Source: a virus (lineage: Duplodnaviria > Caudoviricetes). From it: a DNA stretch of 56,907 nucleotides. Both the position numbers and the translations under genes were made by a program. Shown here in pieces: positions 45,691 to 55,575 of the stretch (its first letter is position 1; every line of letters begins with the position of its first letter). The stretch spans positions 1 through 56,907 of the IMG/VR virus record IMGVR_UViG_3300021373_003004. One strand, written 5' to 3'. Below the pieces are notes generated by a model. That model was given only the letters and a program-made list of their open reading frames with translations. It had not been told where the DNA came from and ran no database searches.

Positions 45691-46382
45691 TTGAATCCCT
45701 TGCTTGTACTCATATTTGGACCAGAAAAATTGAAATATTGCGGGTCTGCATATTCTATATTTACATTTTTACTATTTATAAAGAAATCACTCTGATCCCA
45801 TCCGTTTGCCCACATTGAATCTAAAAGTCTGCTAGCCCCCTTTGGTGTAATAGCATATGCTGCAGTACCTGGAATCAAATAACCATTTTTAAAATCATTA
45901 TCTTTCCAGTATTTTAAAGAGGATACTAAAGGTCTAACTGTTGTCTGCTCATCTTTATATATGTATGAATAAGCATGCTTCTTCCAAAGGTTCTTATTGT
46001 GCCTAAATGCAGCGTCTAAATTTAAGACAAGAACCTCATCAAATTCAGGATAATCATATTCTCTTACACATATAGCGTCATGCTCTAGAAACGTCATAGG
46101 TTCATTAGCAGCTGCAACCCTTTCCCAAAATAATACGTGGTTAAAGAAGCATGACTTCTTTGTGTGGTACATAGGTTGCTGTTCAGTTTCATATGCATAA
46201 GCTCTACTATTTGGTACAGGTTTAATAGGATATAGATCCTCAATATAACTTAAGCTTGCAGGTGTAATGCCACCCACAAGTTCTGCATCCATTATACCAA
46301 ACTTTTCACAGCTTTGTAAACAGTTTTTTGCAGCCTCACGCGATTTAGCATGAGATTCTATGTAGATAATGTTTGCTTTCAT
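45687..46382 (-). CDS. Glycosyltransferase family 25-like
   Basis: SCFFNHVLFW, FLEHDA and GTAAYAITPKGA motifs. Confidence 0.8.
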   Translation of the reverse strand: MKANIIYIESHAKSREAAKNCLQSCEKFGIMDAELVGGITPASLSYIEDLYPIKPVPNSRAYAYETEQQPMYHTKKSCFFNHVLFWERVAAANEPMTFLEHDAICVREYDYPEFDEVLVLNLDAAFRHNKNLWKKHAYSYIYKDEQTTVRPLVSSLKYWKDNDFKNGYLIPGTAAYAITPKGASRLLDSMWANGWDQSDFFINSKNVNIEYADPQYFNFSGPNMSTSKGFK

Positions 46383-46972
46383 TTTCTCATAATAACAGTT
46401 GAGATAAGATAGTATAAATCTTTTTTTCTTTTAAATTTTTTAGCTAATGAAATAAACTTAGGACTACGTCTATCATCTGGATTATCTATCATATGTTTAA
46501 TCATTAAATCGTTACCAGCTTTATGAGTCCATACTCTTTCATTATAACCAGCAGATTCAGCCATTGATATTAGTCCATCAATAGTAAATCTAAAATAATC
46601 ACCAGGCCAATCATGAACCTGATAAATAAATGGTGCAGAAAATATAGCAATGCCACCTGGTTTTAAAACACGATAAGTTTCTTCAACACAGAGCCAAGGT
46701 CTTTTAGTATGCTCTAATACTTGAAACATAACTACACAATCATATGTGTTGTCTTCATATGGTAAGTCTTCACAATCAATTTCAGGAAACGTAGTTGAGG
46801 TACAATTACTAAAATGTTTTTGAATAACTTCGGTATTACCACTAATCTCTAATAGTTTATTCCTTTCAAAACTCGTATTAGTTTTAAAGAACCTTTCTAG
46901 TGCAGCAGTATATTCTATTCTTGTTGCTTTAGGCTTGTATTTCCTTTCGCTCATGGAAGCTTGATACTCCAT
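46379..46972 (-). CDS. SAM-dependent methyltransferase (Methyltransf_11-like)
   Basis: LPYEDNTYD..QVLEH...RVLKPGG and HDWPGDYFRFT motifs. Confidence 0.85.
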   Translation of the reverse strand: MEYQASMSERKYKPKATRIEYTAALERFFKTNTSFERNKLLEISGNTEVIQKHFSNCTSTTFPEIDCEDLPYEDNTYDCVVMFQVLEHTKRPWLCVEETYRVLKPGGIAIFSAPFIYQVHDWPGDYFRFTIDGLISMAESAGYNERVWTHKAGNDLMIKHMIDNPDDRRSPKFISLAKKFKRKKDLYYLISTVIMRK

Positions 46973-47574
46973 TGAACATTTCCATGAGCGCTTAAATTTA
47001 AGCTGCGCTGTGATACAAATTCATTCACAGCCTTTTTAACACCACCCTTATCTGCAGTCAAACTATTCCATTTATAATCATCACCAATAATGTAACCACC
47101 AGGATTTACAACTTCAATAGCGTTGTTTAAATCATTCTTTACACCAGTATATGAATGATCTCCATCAATATAAATCCAATCTAGTTTTTCACCGGTTTTC
47201 TTAAACTCTTTAAACCATTCAGTCGCGGTTTGTCTGCAGATGACAGCCTCTTCAAACTTTGAAAACTTTTTAACAACACCGTTATAAATTTTATCATAGT
47301 AATCTGCAAAGTCAGCTGGATGTTTAGAACCAACAATTTTTTGATACTTGTTGTAAATATTTGTTAAGCTAATAGTAGGATCATTTACTTGAAAAGCTTC
47401 ATCGTATCCAGACAAAGACCATGCATCTACCATATAGAATTTGCTGAGTCCTTTTTTTAAAAACTTTTCTGAAGAACTTCCTTTCCACACGCCAATTTCA
47501 GCTCCAACAGTTCCAGATTTAATTAGATGTAAAATTTTATCTGAGTCTTTATTGACTCCTGCATTTGCCATCAT
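46951..47574 (-). CDS. SAM-dependent methyltransferase (Methyltransf_24-like)
   Basis: GAEIGVWKG, VDAW, LDWIYIDGDHSY and GGYIIGDDY motifs. Confidence 0.9.
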   Translation of the reverse strand: MMANAGVNKDSDKILHLIKSGTVGAEIGVWKGSSSEKFLKKGLSKFYMVDAWSLSGYDEAFQVNDPTISLTNIYNKYQKIVGSKHPADFADYYDKIYNGVVKKFSKFEEAVICRQTATEWFKEFKKTGEKLDWIYIDGDHSYTGVKNDLNNAIEVVNPGGYIIGDDYKWNSLTADKGGVKKAVNEFVSQRSLNLSAHGNVQWSIKLP

Positions 47575-48281
47575 ATCGCTGTTCTCCACGCATTTTCTGA
47601 CCAATAGTTTTTAGTAGCACCTGTATCAAAATCAAAACCCCAGGTTTCAATATCTTTCTTATACCAGTCAGCTACAATCTGAATAGTCTTTTCGTTATAT
47701 AGATCCTTGTAAGATCCTTTATTTAATCCTGTTACATTACGTGCACGTGTCATTGATGGAAGTTTAAAGTACATACAAAGATCTTGATTTAGATTTTCGA
47801 ATCTCATAATATCACATTTGATGTTACCGTTCTTATCTGTGACATAATCGTAAGCTGGATACCAACCACGAATAGCACGATGCCACATGTATTCCATATT
47901 ACCCCATTGTTCTCGCTCTTCTAGGAAATGTTCAAATGAGTCTAGCTTATACTTACCAATTGGCGCATCAGCTTTCTTTTCAACAAACGTAGTCTTTCGA
48001 GCAAAGAAGTAGCGTGACACGACACGATCCCATGGATTACGAACAATAGCAAATGCGTCATAGGCATTAGTTAGTTTTGGTGATAAGTCACACCATCTTG
48101 CGTGTTCAAAACCATGATGGTCACCGATTAGATCCATATGCTTCTTAACAGCCATTGTATATTCTTTTGACTTATGAGCCTTAGGTCCTGCAGGAATAAT
48201 CCTTTCACGTAACAAATCACTATTACGAACAGTCATACCCGCATTCTTTGGGATGTGTATAAAAATTTTAGGTAGAAACAT
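47571..48281 (-). CDS. Sulfotransferase (Sulfotransfer_2-like)
   Basis: FIHIPKNAG, VRNPWDRVVSRY, RFENL and DIETWGF motifs. Confidence 0.88.
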   Translation of the reverse strand: MFLPKIFIHIPKNAGMTVRNSDLLRERIIPAGPKAHKSKEYTMAVKKHMDLIGDHHGFEHARWCDLSPKLTNAYDAFAIVRNPWDRVVSRYFFARKTTFVEKKADAPIGKYKLDSFEHFLEEREQWGNMEYMWHRAIRGWYPAYDYVTDKNGNIKCDIMRFENLNQDLCMYFKLPSMTRARNVTGLNKGSYKDLYNEKTIQIVADWYKKDIETWGFDFDTGATKNYWSENAWRTAI

Positions 48282-48786
48282 TTTCTTCTTTCTTCTTCAA
48301 TAAAACCATTGTATGTTCAGATGCAACTACATCATAAAATTCAAGCACTCTATCATACCGCGGTCTTTTATTCTTTCCATAGTCATGGATAAACACAAAG
48401 CTATCATCTCTAATATTATCTAGTATGGACTCAGCAACCCATTGTCTGGCTCTTCCGTCAATCAATACCACATCAAAGATAGTATCCTGTGTCTTTGGCC
48501 AATTGATATAATCAACAAACCATTCATATTTAGCAGGTTTTAATTTTTCCTTTTTTGGAATGACATTAGGTGGAACATGAAAGTACTTAATATTAGGTAG
48601 ATGTTTAATATCATTACTTACTTTATTATACCACTTTGCATCATGCTCAACTGAATAAAGAGTTCGTACATGACCAGATATAATTGATGTACTACGTCCT
48701 GAACCATATTCTAACATAATTTGGTCCTTATGTAAATAGGATTGTAAGAACTCCCATTCATTTGGTTTCATTAATGGTATAATCAT
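48268..48786 (-). CDS. SAM-dependent O-methyltransferase-like protein
   Basis: LEYGSGRST, SVEHD, FDVVLIDGRAR and FIHD motifs. Confidence 0.8.
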   Translation of the reverse strand: MIIPLMKPNEWEFLQSYLHKDQIMLEYGSGRSTSIISGHVRTLYSVEHDAKWYNKVSNDIKHLPNIKYFHVPPNVIPKKEKLKPAKYEWFVDYINWPKTQDTIFDVVLIDGRARQWVAESILDNIRDDSFVFIHDYGKNKRPRYDRVLEFYDVVASEHTMVLLKKKEENVST

Positions 48787-49571
48787 ATTTTTTCCATAAG
48801 CTCCCTGACGTTCTCTCCACCATCGGGTAGATGGTCCTTTAAGAAGAAGTGGACAAAGTGTGCTTCAGGAATTTTATCATCATGGACTGCCGTGTACAAT
48901 GCATTCCATTTCCAATCCAGTCGTTGTACTGGTATCTTCTTTTTCTTAAACCAATAGTTGAGTGTAATTTGATCTGACTGCCATTTAAACGGACCTTTAC
49001 CGTTAATAAGATCCATAAGCATAGGTTGCTGTAAAAACTCTTTTGGAGACATTCCATTGAGAGCTGCTAACATTAATTTACTATTATATAACATGACACC
49101 AGAGTTAAAGAAACCAAAGCCAGTTCTCATATTATAGTCATCCCACTCAATCGGTAGGGCTGATACCATACGAGAATACGCTGATATTTTTTTAGCGTAT
49201 GCGTCATTGATTGGTAGGTCAGCTTCATACACACTAGCAACCGCTCTGTCAAATGCTAAGTCATCAAAAATATCAGGGGCATCAGGTCTAATATAAATGT
49301 CTGCATCAATTACACAACATGCATCATAGTCGTTGAAATAGTTAAAGACATTTTCTTTTTCAAAGATTGGCATATAGCCAAGTCTTTTCCAACCACCAGT
49401 CTTACCCTCACGCTCATTCATAAATGGATCAGGTGCTAAACGAATAATAGGACCAATTTGTAATTTATAGTCAGCACCAATGCGTTTAGCATATGCCTCA
49501 ACAGATGAAGTACAGTGCTCGTATAGTTTACTTTGTTGACCGATAGCTACTTGGTAAATTAACTTTTTCAT
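48783..49571 (-). CDS. GT-A glycosyltransferase (GT8/GT34-like)
   Basis: IDADIYI (DxD), FFNSGVM, DQITLN, WKWNA and HFVHFF motifs. Confidence 0.8.
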   Translation of the reverse strand: MKKLIYQVAIGQQSKLYEHCTSSVEAYAKRIGADYKLQIGPIIRLAPDPFMNEREGKTGGWKRLGYMPIFEKENVFNYFNDYDACCVIDADIYIRPDAPDIFDDLAFDRAVASVYEADLPINDAYAKKISAYSRMVSALPIEWDDYNMRTGFGFFNSGVMLYNSKLMLAALNGMSPKEFLQQPMLMDLINGKGPFKWQSDQITLNYWFKKKKIPVQRLDWKWNALYTAVHDDKIPEAHFVHFFLKDHLPDGGENVRELMEKI

Positions 49572-50359
49572 ATCAGCCCCATTAATTGTTGTACATTCTC
49601 ACCTGAATTTGGCAATTTTTGTTTTAAAAAGAAATGAACAAAGTTACACTCTTTAATTTTGGTATTGGCAGTAAACAAACCATTCCACTTCCAATGAAGA
49701 TCGTGAACTTTCATGTTTTCTTCTTTAATCCAAACATTAAGTAGAGTCTGGTCAGTAGACCATTTCCAATTACCTAATCCATCAATGAACGGTTTAAATC
49801 TTGGTCTAGACAAAAACTGATGAGGTGTTTCACCATTGAGATAATTTTCTAATGATTTGTTAAGCATCATTACACCCATATTACGGAACTCAGCACCACA
49901 ACCACTCGGATGTTTCCAGTCAAATAGCTTGTTGATGGGGGACATGCCATACTGCTCTCGAGAGTAGTTCGAAATCTTTTTCTTATATTGTGGGGTTATT
50001 GGCATGTCACGTTCAATAGATGCAGCAAAGTCTACTTTAGTTCCTACTTCTTCAAATATAGAATCGTTACACTCCGGACGAATATAAACGTCAGCATCAA
50101 TAACAGCTACCTGATCGTATGTACGCAAATACGTAAATGCATTTTCCTTCTCAAAGATTGGAAGGAATCCACCATACTGCTCCCATGCTCTGGGGTTTCT
50201 ATTTGTTTGAAAAACATCAGGTTTAATCATGAGAATAGGCTGTCGCTGTTGGATATATTCCGCGCCTATTCTTTCTGCATATTCTGCTACACTATAAGTA
50301 CAATGATCGTATAGTTTAGATCTCTTGCCCGTGTATACCTGGTATATCAATCTTTTCAT
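49568..50359 (-). CDS. GT-A glycosyltransferase (GT8/GT34-like), paralogue of the adjacent gene
   Basis: PIFEKENAF, IDADVYI, NMGVM, DQTLLN, WKWNG and FVHFFLK motifs. Confidence 0.8.
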   Translation of the reverse strand: MKRLIYQVYTGKRSKLYDHCTYSVAEYAERIGAEYIQQRQPILMIKPDVFQTNRNPRAWEQYGGFLPIFEKENAFTYLRTYDQVAVIDADVYIRPECNDSIFEEVGTKVDFAASIERDMPITPQYKKKISNYSREQYGMSPINKLFDWKHPSGCGAEFRNMGVMMLNKSLENYLNGETPHQFLSRPRFKPFIDGLGNWKWSTDQTLLNVWIKEENMKVHDLHWKWNGLFTANTKIKECNFVHFFLKQKLPNSGENVQQLMGLI

Positions 50360-50981
50360 AATCTAGTCCTACATAATTTCTATATGGAGATTTATGGTCT
50401 ATCGTATTTAATCCATCAATATTTATTTGCTCTATATAATGATAATCATTATTTTGTAGTTGTTTAGCAATATTTAAAAGAGCTCCCAAGTGTCCATCGC
50501 TATTTTGTTTTATTTCTTTACTTACTGCATGGGCTATTAATCTTTGAGCTACTAAAGGAGTAATATAATAACCAGAACCAGGAGCTAAATGCACACCTTG
50601 AGATTTTTTATCTCCGTAGTCTCTGTTAATAAATGATAAAAATTTATGTCCTTCTTTCGATAAATCAGGTAATGGTTTAATTAGTTTTGAATCATGTTCT
50701 AAAATCAAAATAGGACGTCTGGTTGTAAGACAACGGCACCATAATTCAAAGTGACTATACCATACAGATTTTTCTGTTGCTGTAAAATCCCGATCACCTT
50801 TTTTTCCAAATTCTAATTTATGTTTTTTGTATAAATCTTTTGGAGTTATAGCTTTAAATTTTTTAATGTTATGATTATGTTTTCTCCAACTATTATACAC
50901 CATCCTAGAATACATTAAAGAAACAGGATGATCTTCCATTAATATTTGGTATATGTCATAATTTTGTTGTATATTTTTCAT
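50316..50981 (-). CDS. Glycosyltransferase family 25-like
   Basis: KAITP, EKSVWYSHFELW, ILEHDS and GYYITPLVA motifs. Confidence 0.75.
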   Translation of the reverse strand: MKNIQQNYDIYQILMEDHPVSLMYSRMVYNSWRKHNHNIKKFKAITPKDLYKKHKLEFGKKGDRDFTATEKSVWYSHFELWCRCLTTRRPILILEHDSKLIKPLPDLSKEGHKFLSFINRDYGDKKSQGVHLAPGSGYYITPLVAQRLIAHAVSKEIKQNSDGHLGALLNIAKQLQNNDYHYIEQINIDGLNTIDHKSPYRNYVGLDYEKIDIPGIHGQEI

Positions 50982-51597
50982 CAGTACTAAACATTATGTC
51001 AAAATTAGTTGTCAAATTCGGTATTACTCCGTTATTATAAAACTCTTTATAAACGTTTTCTGCTTTGCCCCAATGATGAATTACTTTGTTTAAATCTAAG
51101 TTATGGCCAGCCAGAATATATCTAGCACGTTCTATACTTGTATTCCAAAAACTTGGACTGGCTAACATGCCATTTCTCATATCTGGATAACTTTCATGAA
51201 TCTTAAAAACATTTACATCATAATTCAAAAAATCTGCTGGGATATCTTTTTGTATAACTGTGTCAAATGGAATAAATATCGAATGGCTTCTCAATCTTCT
51301 AAGCTTTCTAGCTAAAGTCCAAAAGTCTATAAAAAACCTCATGGCTTGAGTTTTATATTTAGCAGAGTTTCCCTCTATTTCTTTAAAATTATCATCAACT
51401 ATCAGTCCAATTCTCAATTCTTCTTTAAGAAGCGTTCTTATGCGGGTGGATCTGTTATATGATTCTTGAAATTTAAAATTAGTAAAACCATATCTTTCCC
51501 ATTCAGCTTTATTTTTAATCGCTATTTCTTTTTCATAGTCATCAGCGTGATTAACGGTACAGTATATAGGAATATCTCTTGGTATAAATTCTGTCAT
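50956..51597 (-). CDS. Hypothetical protein in the glycan cluster (possibly a divergent GT)
   Basis: Coupled ORF; no clear catalytic motif. Confidence 0.55.
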   Translation of the reverse strand: MTEFIPRDIPIYCTVNHADDYEKEIAIKNKAEWERYGFTNFKFQESYNRSTRIRTLLKEELRIGLIVDDNFKEIEGNSAKYKTQAMRFFIDFWTLARKLRRLRSHSIFIPFDTVIQKDIPADFLNYDVNVFKIHESYPDMRNGMLASPSFWNTSIERARYILAGHNLDLNKVIHHWGKAENVYKEFYNNGVIPNLTTNFDIMFSTDEKYTTKL

Positions 51598-52553
51598 CTG
51601 TAGTCATCCAAGTTAAAGTTTGTGCCATGCATTTTATAAAGATCTCTTTCATGGTTTGTATAAACTAATACTTCAGGATCATCAATTAAGAAGTCACAAT
51701 CATTACAATAAGCCGGCCAGTTGCCCATCTCATGATCTTTACGTAGCTGATTGTATTTATCACCGTACCAAATTTCTTCTAGTGTATTCTTAGACAAATG
51801 TCCGAGGACTGCTTCGTCATCACGTCCGAGCACTTGACAGCATGGGTGAACAGCACCCAAGTTACCGTCAATACCGCCAGCGCGTATAACGACATCAGGG
51901 GAAAAAGGACGACCACAGGTTTTTCTAGCACCTTGTCTTTCATAGTTAGCATCATATACTCCACTCCAATTGTGCATCTTCCAAATCTCAGTCTTAACCC
52001 CTGCACCATCAACAATCTTACGATATTGTTCTACCTCATAATCAATATTGTCATTGTCAAGAATCAAATGATATGTGGCCACCACACAATCTGATAGTGT
52101 AGCATAAGCATACGCCGCAGTTTCTTCAAGATTAGACTTAACTGTGTTGAATGAACTATTATTCATCCATTTACGATAAGTCTCTTCGTTATAACCAATC
52201 ATTGAGAACCGGATAAAATCAGCACCAGCATCAATAACATCATGCATGAACTGACCTGACATGCGATTACCATTTGTAAACATAAATGCCTTAGCACCAT
52301 ACTTCTTTACAATTGCTACATATTCAGGTAAGTTACTATTTAAGGTTGGTTCGCCAGATCCCTCTAGATTTACAACATTTAATCCAGCCTCTGCACATTG
52401 AGCTACATAGTCTTCAAACACGTCTAGGGGCATCTTCTTCAACCAATTTTTACCACGTGCACCCGTAGTACCGTCAGGATTTGTCTGAGGACACATCTGA
52501 CACGTATAGTTACAGCCGCCATTAATTTCTATTACTGCGCGATCAATATGCAT
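51594..52553 (-). CDS. Radical SAM protein with SPASM/twitch domain
   Basis: CNYTCQMC (CxxxCxxC), GSGEP, TNG; C-terminal C..PCC...LG...CxxC. Confidence 0.93.
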   Translation of the reverse strand: MHIDRAVIEINGGCNYTCQMCPQTNPDGTTGARGKNWLKKMPLDVFEDYVAQCAEAGLNVVNLEGSGEPTLNSNLPEYVAIVKKYGAKAFMFTNGNRMSGQFMHDVIDAGADFIRFSMIGYNEETYRKWMNNSSFNTVKSNLEETAAYAYATLSDCVVATYHLILDNDNIDYEVEQYRKIVDGAGVKTEIWKMHNWSGVYDANYERQGARKTCGRPFSPDVVIRAGGIDGNLGAVHPCCQVLGRDDEAVLGHLSKNTLEEIWYGDKYNQLRKDHEMGNWPAYCNDCDFLIDDPEVLVYTNHERDLYKMHGTNFNLDDYR

Positions 52554-53387
52554 TTACCATCCATTCACAAATTTATTAAAGATTTTTTTATACGCGTAAG
52601 CTTTTTCTTGAGCTGCTTCAATTGTATAGTATATTTTACTTAAATCCCTATCTATGAAAAAATCTCCATCTTTTATCCACACTGCTGCCGGGGTGTGCCA
52701 TTTAGTTATACTACTATCACTAAAGACGACGTGTGGTTTAAAAAAATTCTTAGCTATATAATGCCACATTCCTTCATAAGATATACAGCACTCACATGTT
52801 CTTATGTGATACATAGCATCACTTACCGGAGTTCTATAACATAATTCCGTAACTTCATAGCCAAAATCTTTTAATCTATCTATTATCCTTTGCCATTCAT
52901 GATCTAGCATAGGTAGTTTGTAACCAGATAATTGTTGTTTAGCATTGAAGGTTGGTCTCCATATTACTATTTTATTTGGTATGGTTTTTACCTGAATAGT
53001 AGGATCAAATGACCAATATCTATATAATTCAGACTTTGGTTTTCTTGTAATTCCTTCATAAAACTTTTTATACAAAGCTGTGTCAGTACTATTAAATATC
53101 GGTTCAACATGAACCATGTCTGGCCACATATATCTTTTTCTTACATATTCAAATCTATCATAGACAGATTCAGGATCTTCATAATGATAATTTAAATCTT
53201 TGTCATGGAAAAAATGTATTTGAAACTTTGTAGGTTTTTGATTAACAAACGCCCGCATGAAAGCGATGTTTAAACCATACATTGAATCACCGATACCTGG
53301 TGTGGTTTTCCATCTTATAGTGTCTAAACCATAATTATCTTTCCAGTTTGCTACCCAGTGGTTCCATAAGTCCATAATGATATACAA
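52554..53387 (-). CDS. Putative GT-B glycosyltransferase (GT9-like motifs)
   Basis: GIGD near the N-terminus; CISYEGMWHYIA resembles the GT9 DSGxxHxA motif. Confidence 0.45.
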   Translation of the reverse strand: MYIIMDLWNHWVANWKDNYGLDTIRWKTTPGIGDSMYGLNIAFMRAFVNQKPTKFQIHFFHDKDLNYHYEDPESVYDRFEYVRKRYMWPDMVHVEPIFNSTDTALYKKFYEGITRKPKSELYRYWSFDPTIQVKTIPNKIVIWRPTFNAKQQLSGYKLPMLDHEWQRIIDRLKDFGYEVTELCYRTPVSDAMYHIRTCECCISYEGMWHYIAKNFFKPHVVFSDSSITKWHTPAAVWIKDGDFFIDRDLSKIYYTIEAAQEKAYAYKKIFNKFVNGW

Positions 53388-53562
53388 TCGTTTCTGCTAA
53401 ACTATGAGCTTCTTTAAAGTTGTTTCTAAAACGATTACCTTTAGCACCGTCTCTTATAAAAGATTCTAAATTATCTATAGTACCATTAAAGTCATTCAAT
53501 TTGTAATCACGAACAATTTCTTCCCATTGATATCTTAGCGACAAAATTCTAAAAATCGTCAT
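53335..53562 (-). CDS. Hypothetical protein
   Basis: Overlap-coupled ORF; GTIDNL...NRFR. Confidence 0.55.
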   Translation of the reverse strand: MTIFRILSLRYQWEEIVRDYKLNDFNGTIDNLESFIRDGAKGNRFRNNFKEAHSLAETIVYHYGLMEPLGSKLER

Positions 53563-54166
53563 ATAGACCTTCCATTTTAAATAAGCCCATAATGCCTGGG
53601 GTATTTGCCGTGTATTTCTGCTCTGAACTATATTTTATATTGCTATAAAACCAATATTTTTGATTATATTTAACATCATAAAGAGCAAAATCACGTTTAA
53701 CAGCTCCTCTTACATCCGGCATCTCTAAATTATCAATAACTAAATAACGTGGTTTAATTTTAAAACATGACTCTAAATCCCTTTTAGGAGCATCACCTAA
53801 ATGATAACCATCTACAAATATTAAATCAATGTTTGTGTGTCTATGTTCGTCACCCCATATAGGTCTTTTATGATGAGTATGTTGTGGCCAAAACTTTTTA
53901 ATTTGCCTTGCGTTTTGTTCTGATACTACATGAGGATCATAACTGACTAATGATTCTAAATTTTTAAATACAGTCATCATAACTAAAGTTGCATGGCCCG
54001 CCCACATACCAATTTCTATAACTTTAGTAGGATTTACTATTTCCTGAATTTCAATCCAGGGATTCACCATATCAGGATTATTTAAATCAGTGCCACCCCA
54101 CTGATCTTTTGGATAACGTAGATAATGGTCATCAATTCCTAAAATATTCTTTACCATATTTTTCAA
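53549..54166 (-). CDS. SAM-dependent methyltransferase (Methyltransf_24-like)
   Basis: VIEIGMWAG, SYD, DLIFVDGYH and VIDN motifs. Confidence 0.8.
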   Translation of the reverse strand: MKNMVKNILGIDDHYLRYPKDQWGGTDLNNPDMVNPWIEIQEIVNPTKVIEIGMWAGHATLVMMTVFKNLESLVSYDPHVVSEQNARQIKKFWPQHTHHKRPIWGDEHRHTNIDLIFVDGYHLGDAPKRDLESCFKIKPRYLVIDNLEMPDVRGAVKRDFALYDVKYNQKYWFYSNIKYSSEQKYTANTPGIMGLFKMEGLYDDF

Positions 54167-54734
54167 TCATTTCTCTATCAACACTAAATTGAATATTTCC
54201 TGCTACAATTGTTTTTCTCAAATTACTTTTAATTTCTGGTGATCGATGAATTAAAAAGGTAGGAAAAAATATTACATCTCCTTCCTTTAAATTGAAATCA
54301 CCATTTAAAAAATTTAGAAATTCCGTAGCCTCGTTCATTTCTGGAAGTTCTACATAATAAATAAAGGCCCAATGGCCAGCATGTTCGTGCCATCCAAAAT
54401 CAGATCCTTGTATATATTGTTGGAACCACCATTTTTGACTTCTAAGTTCAGAACGTTTAAAACCATGTTTGTGTCGTATATCTTCTACAAAATCTAAAAT
54501 AATGTTGTTTATAATTTCAACATAGGGTCTAGGAGCGTTTGGAATATTAAAGTCATAATAATAACCCTTCTCATTAAGTTTTATATTATTAATTTCCTTT
54601 GCTCTTTCAATAGAATTTAATACTATTGGTTTCCAATAGTCATGATCTTCTACCGTAAATTTATAAACAAAATCGGGAAGATTATCCGTGTAATTGCTGA
54701 TTGTCGAGCTCATCATAGTCATAGGCATCATCAT
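54132..54734 (-). CDS. 2OG-Fe(II) oxygenase-like protein; start uncertain
   Basis: WFQQY..WHEH..FIYYV and EGDVIFFPTFLIHRS..RKTIVAGN motifs. Confidence 0.8.
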   Translation of the reverse strand: MMMPMTMMSSTISNYTDNLPDFVYKFTVEDHDYWKPIVLNSIERAKEINNIKLNEKGYYYDFNIPNAPRPYVEIINNIILDFVEDIRHKHGFKRSELRSQKWWFQQYIQGSDFGWHEHAGHWAFIYYVELPEMNEATEFLNFLNGDFNLKEGDVIFFPTFLIHRSPEIKSNLRKTIVAGNIQFSVDREMIEKYGKEYFRN

Positions 54735-54867
54735 ACATTACTTCATTTAGCATACGTTTAGATTCATAATCTTGTACTTCACGAATACGTAAATCTTTTT
54801 CAAGTGATTCACTTTTGTGCTTACCACGTTTTTTATTGCGGGGGTCAAACCTAGAATATTTTGCCAT
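54682..54867 (-). CDS. Small basic/acidic conserved protein
   Basis: MAKYSRFDPRNKK; GAGGAG RBS. Confidence 0.65.
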   Translation of the reverse strand: MAKYSRFDPRNKKRGKHKSESLEKDLRIREVQDYESKRMLNEVMYDDAYDYDELDNQQLHG

Positions 54868-54876
54868 TTTCTCCTC

Positions 54877-55575
54877 TTAATATCCTAACATTTCTTTTGT
54901 CATAATATAATCTCTTACAAAGTCTGATCGGACAATATCCTCCCAACCAAAATTTATAACTGTAAAATTCTTTAGTTGTTCTACAATCTGTAAAAACTGA
55001 ATAATTCCTTGTTTCTCATCATCGTATTTAAAGTCACTCTGTTTATAGTCACCACTAAAAATAATCTTTGTGTGTCTACCTACACGTGTGATAACAGAAT
55101 CAAGTTCATGAAAGTTTAAGTTCTGCATTTCATCAACAACAATAATTGCATTATCAAATGTAGTACCACGAATAAATGACGTTGACTCAAACTGAATCTG
55201 TCCTGCTGTTATCATTTTATTGTAGGATGTTTTATCACCAAACAACTCGTGACATATATTTTTGTATGGTGTAGTGAATGCCTCTTCTTTCTCGGCCTTT
55301 GTTCCTGGTAAGAATCCCATATCCCTTGTCGGTACCATAGATCTTAAAATCACTAGTCTATCATATTCCGTCTCTTTATCGAGTACATCCTCTAATGCGA
55401 GATAGAGAGCGTTGAATGTTTTGCCTGTACCTGCAGTTCCTGTTAATACGAGATTATATCCCTCATCCCAAGCCTCATAGCACTTTTCTTGATTGAGAGT
55501 AATTGGCTCAAACTGCAGCAAATCGTCTAAACGTACAGACATCGAATTATTCACTGTTTTAATTCTTTTTTTCAT
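54877..55575 (-). CDS. phoH: PhoH-like ATPase
   Basis: GTAGTGKT (Walker A), GFLPG, FIRGTTF, VDEMQN, GDYKQSD and DIVRS motifs. Confidence 0.95.
   Translation of the reverse strand: MKKRIKTVNNSMSVRLDDLLQFEPITLNQEKCYEAWDEGYNLVLTGTAGTGKTFNALYLALEDVLDKETEYDRLVILRSMVPTRDMGFLPGTKAEKEEAFTTPYKNICHELFGDKTSYNKMITAGQIQFESTSFIRGTTFDNAIIVVDEMQNLNFHELDSVITRVGRHTKIIFSGDYKQSDFKYDDEKQGIIQFLQIVEQLKNFTVINFGWEDIVRSDFVRDYIMTKEMLGY

Noticed and set aside
42594-45780. TATAAATA matches inside coding sequence (42594-42601 and 45773-45780)
   Set aside because: Intragenic in AT-rich DNA and could be chance. The 45773 copy might drive downstream GTs, but this cannot be supported from sequence alone.
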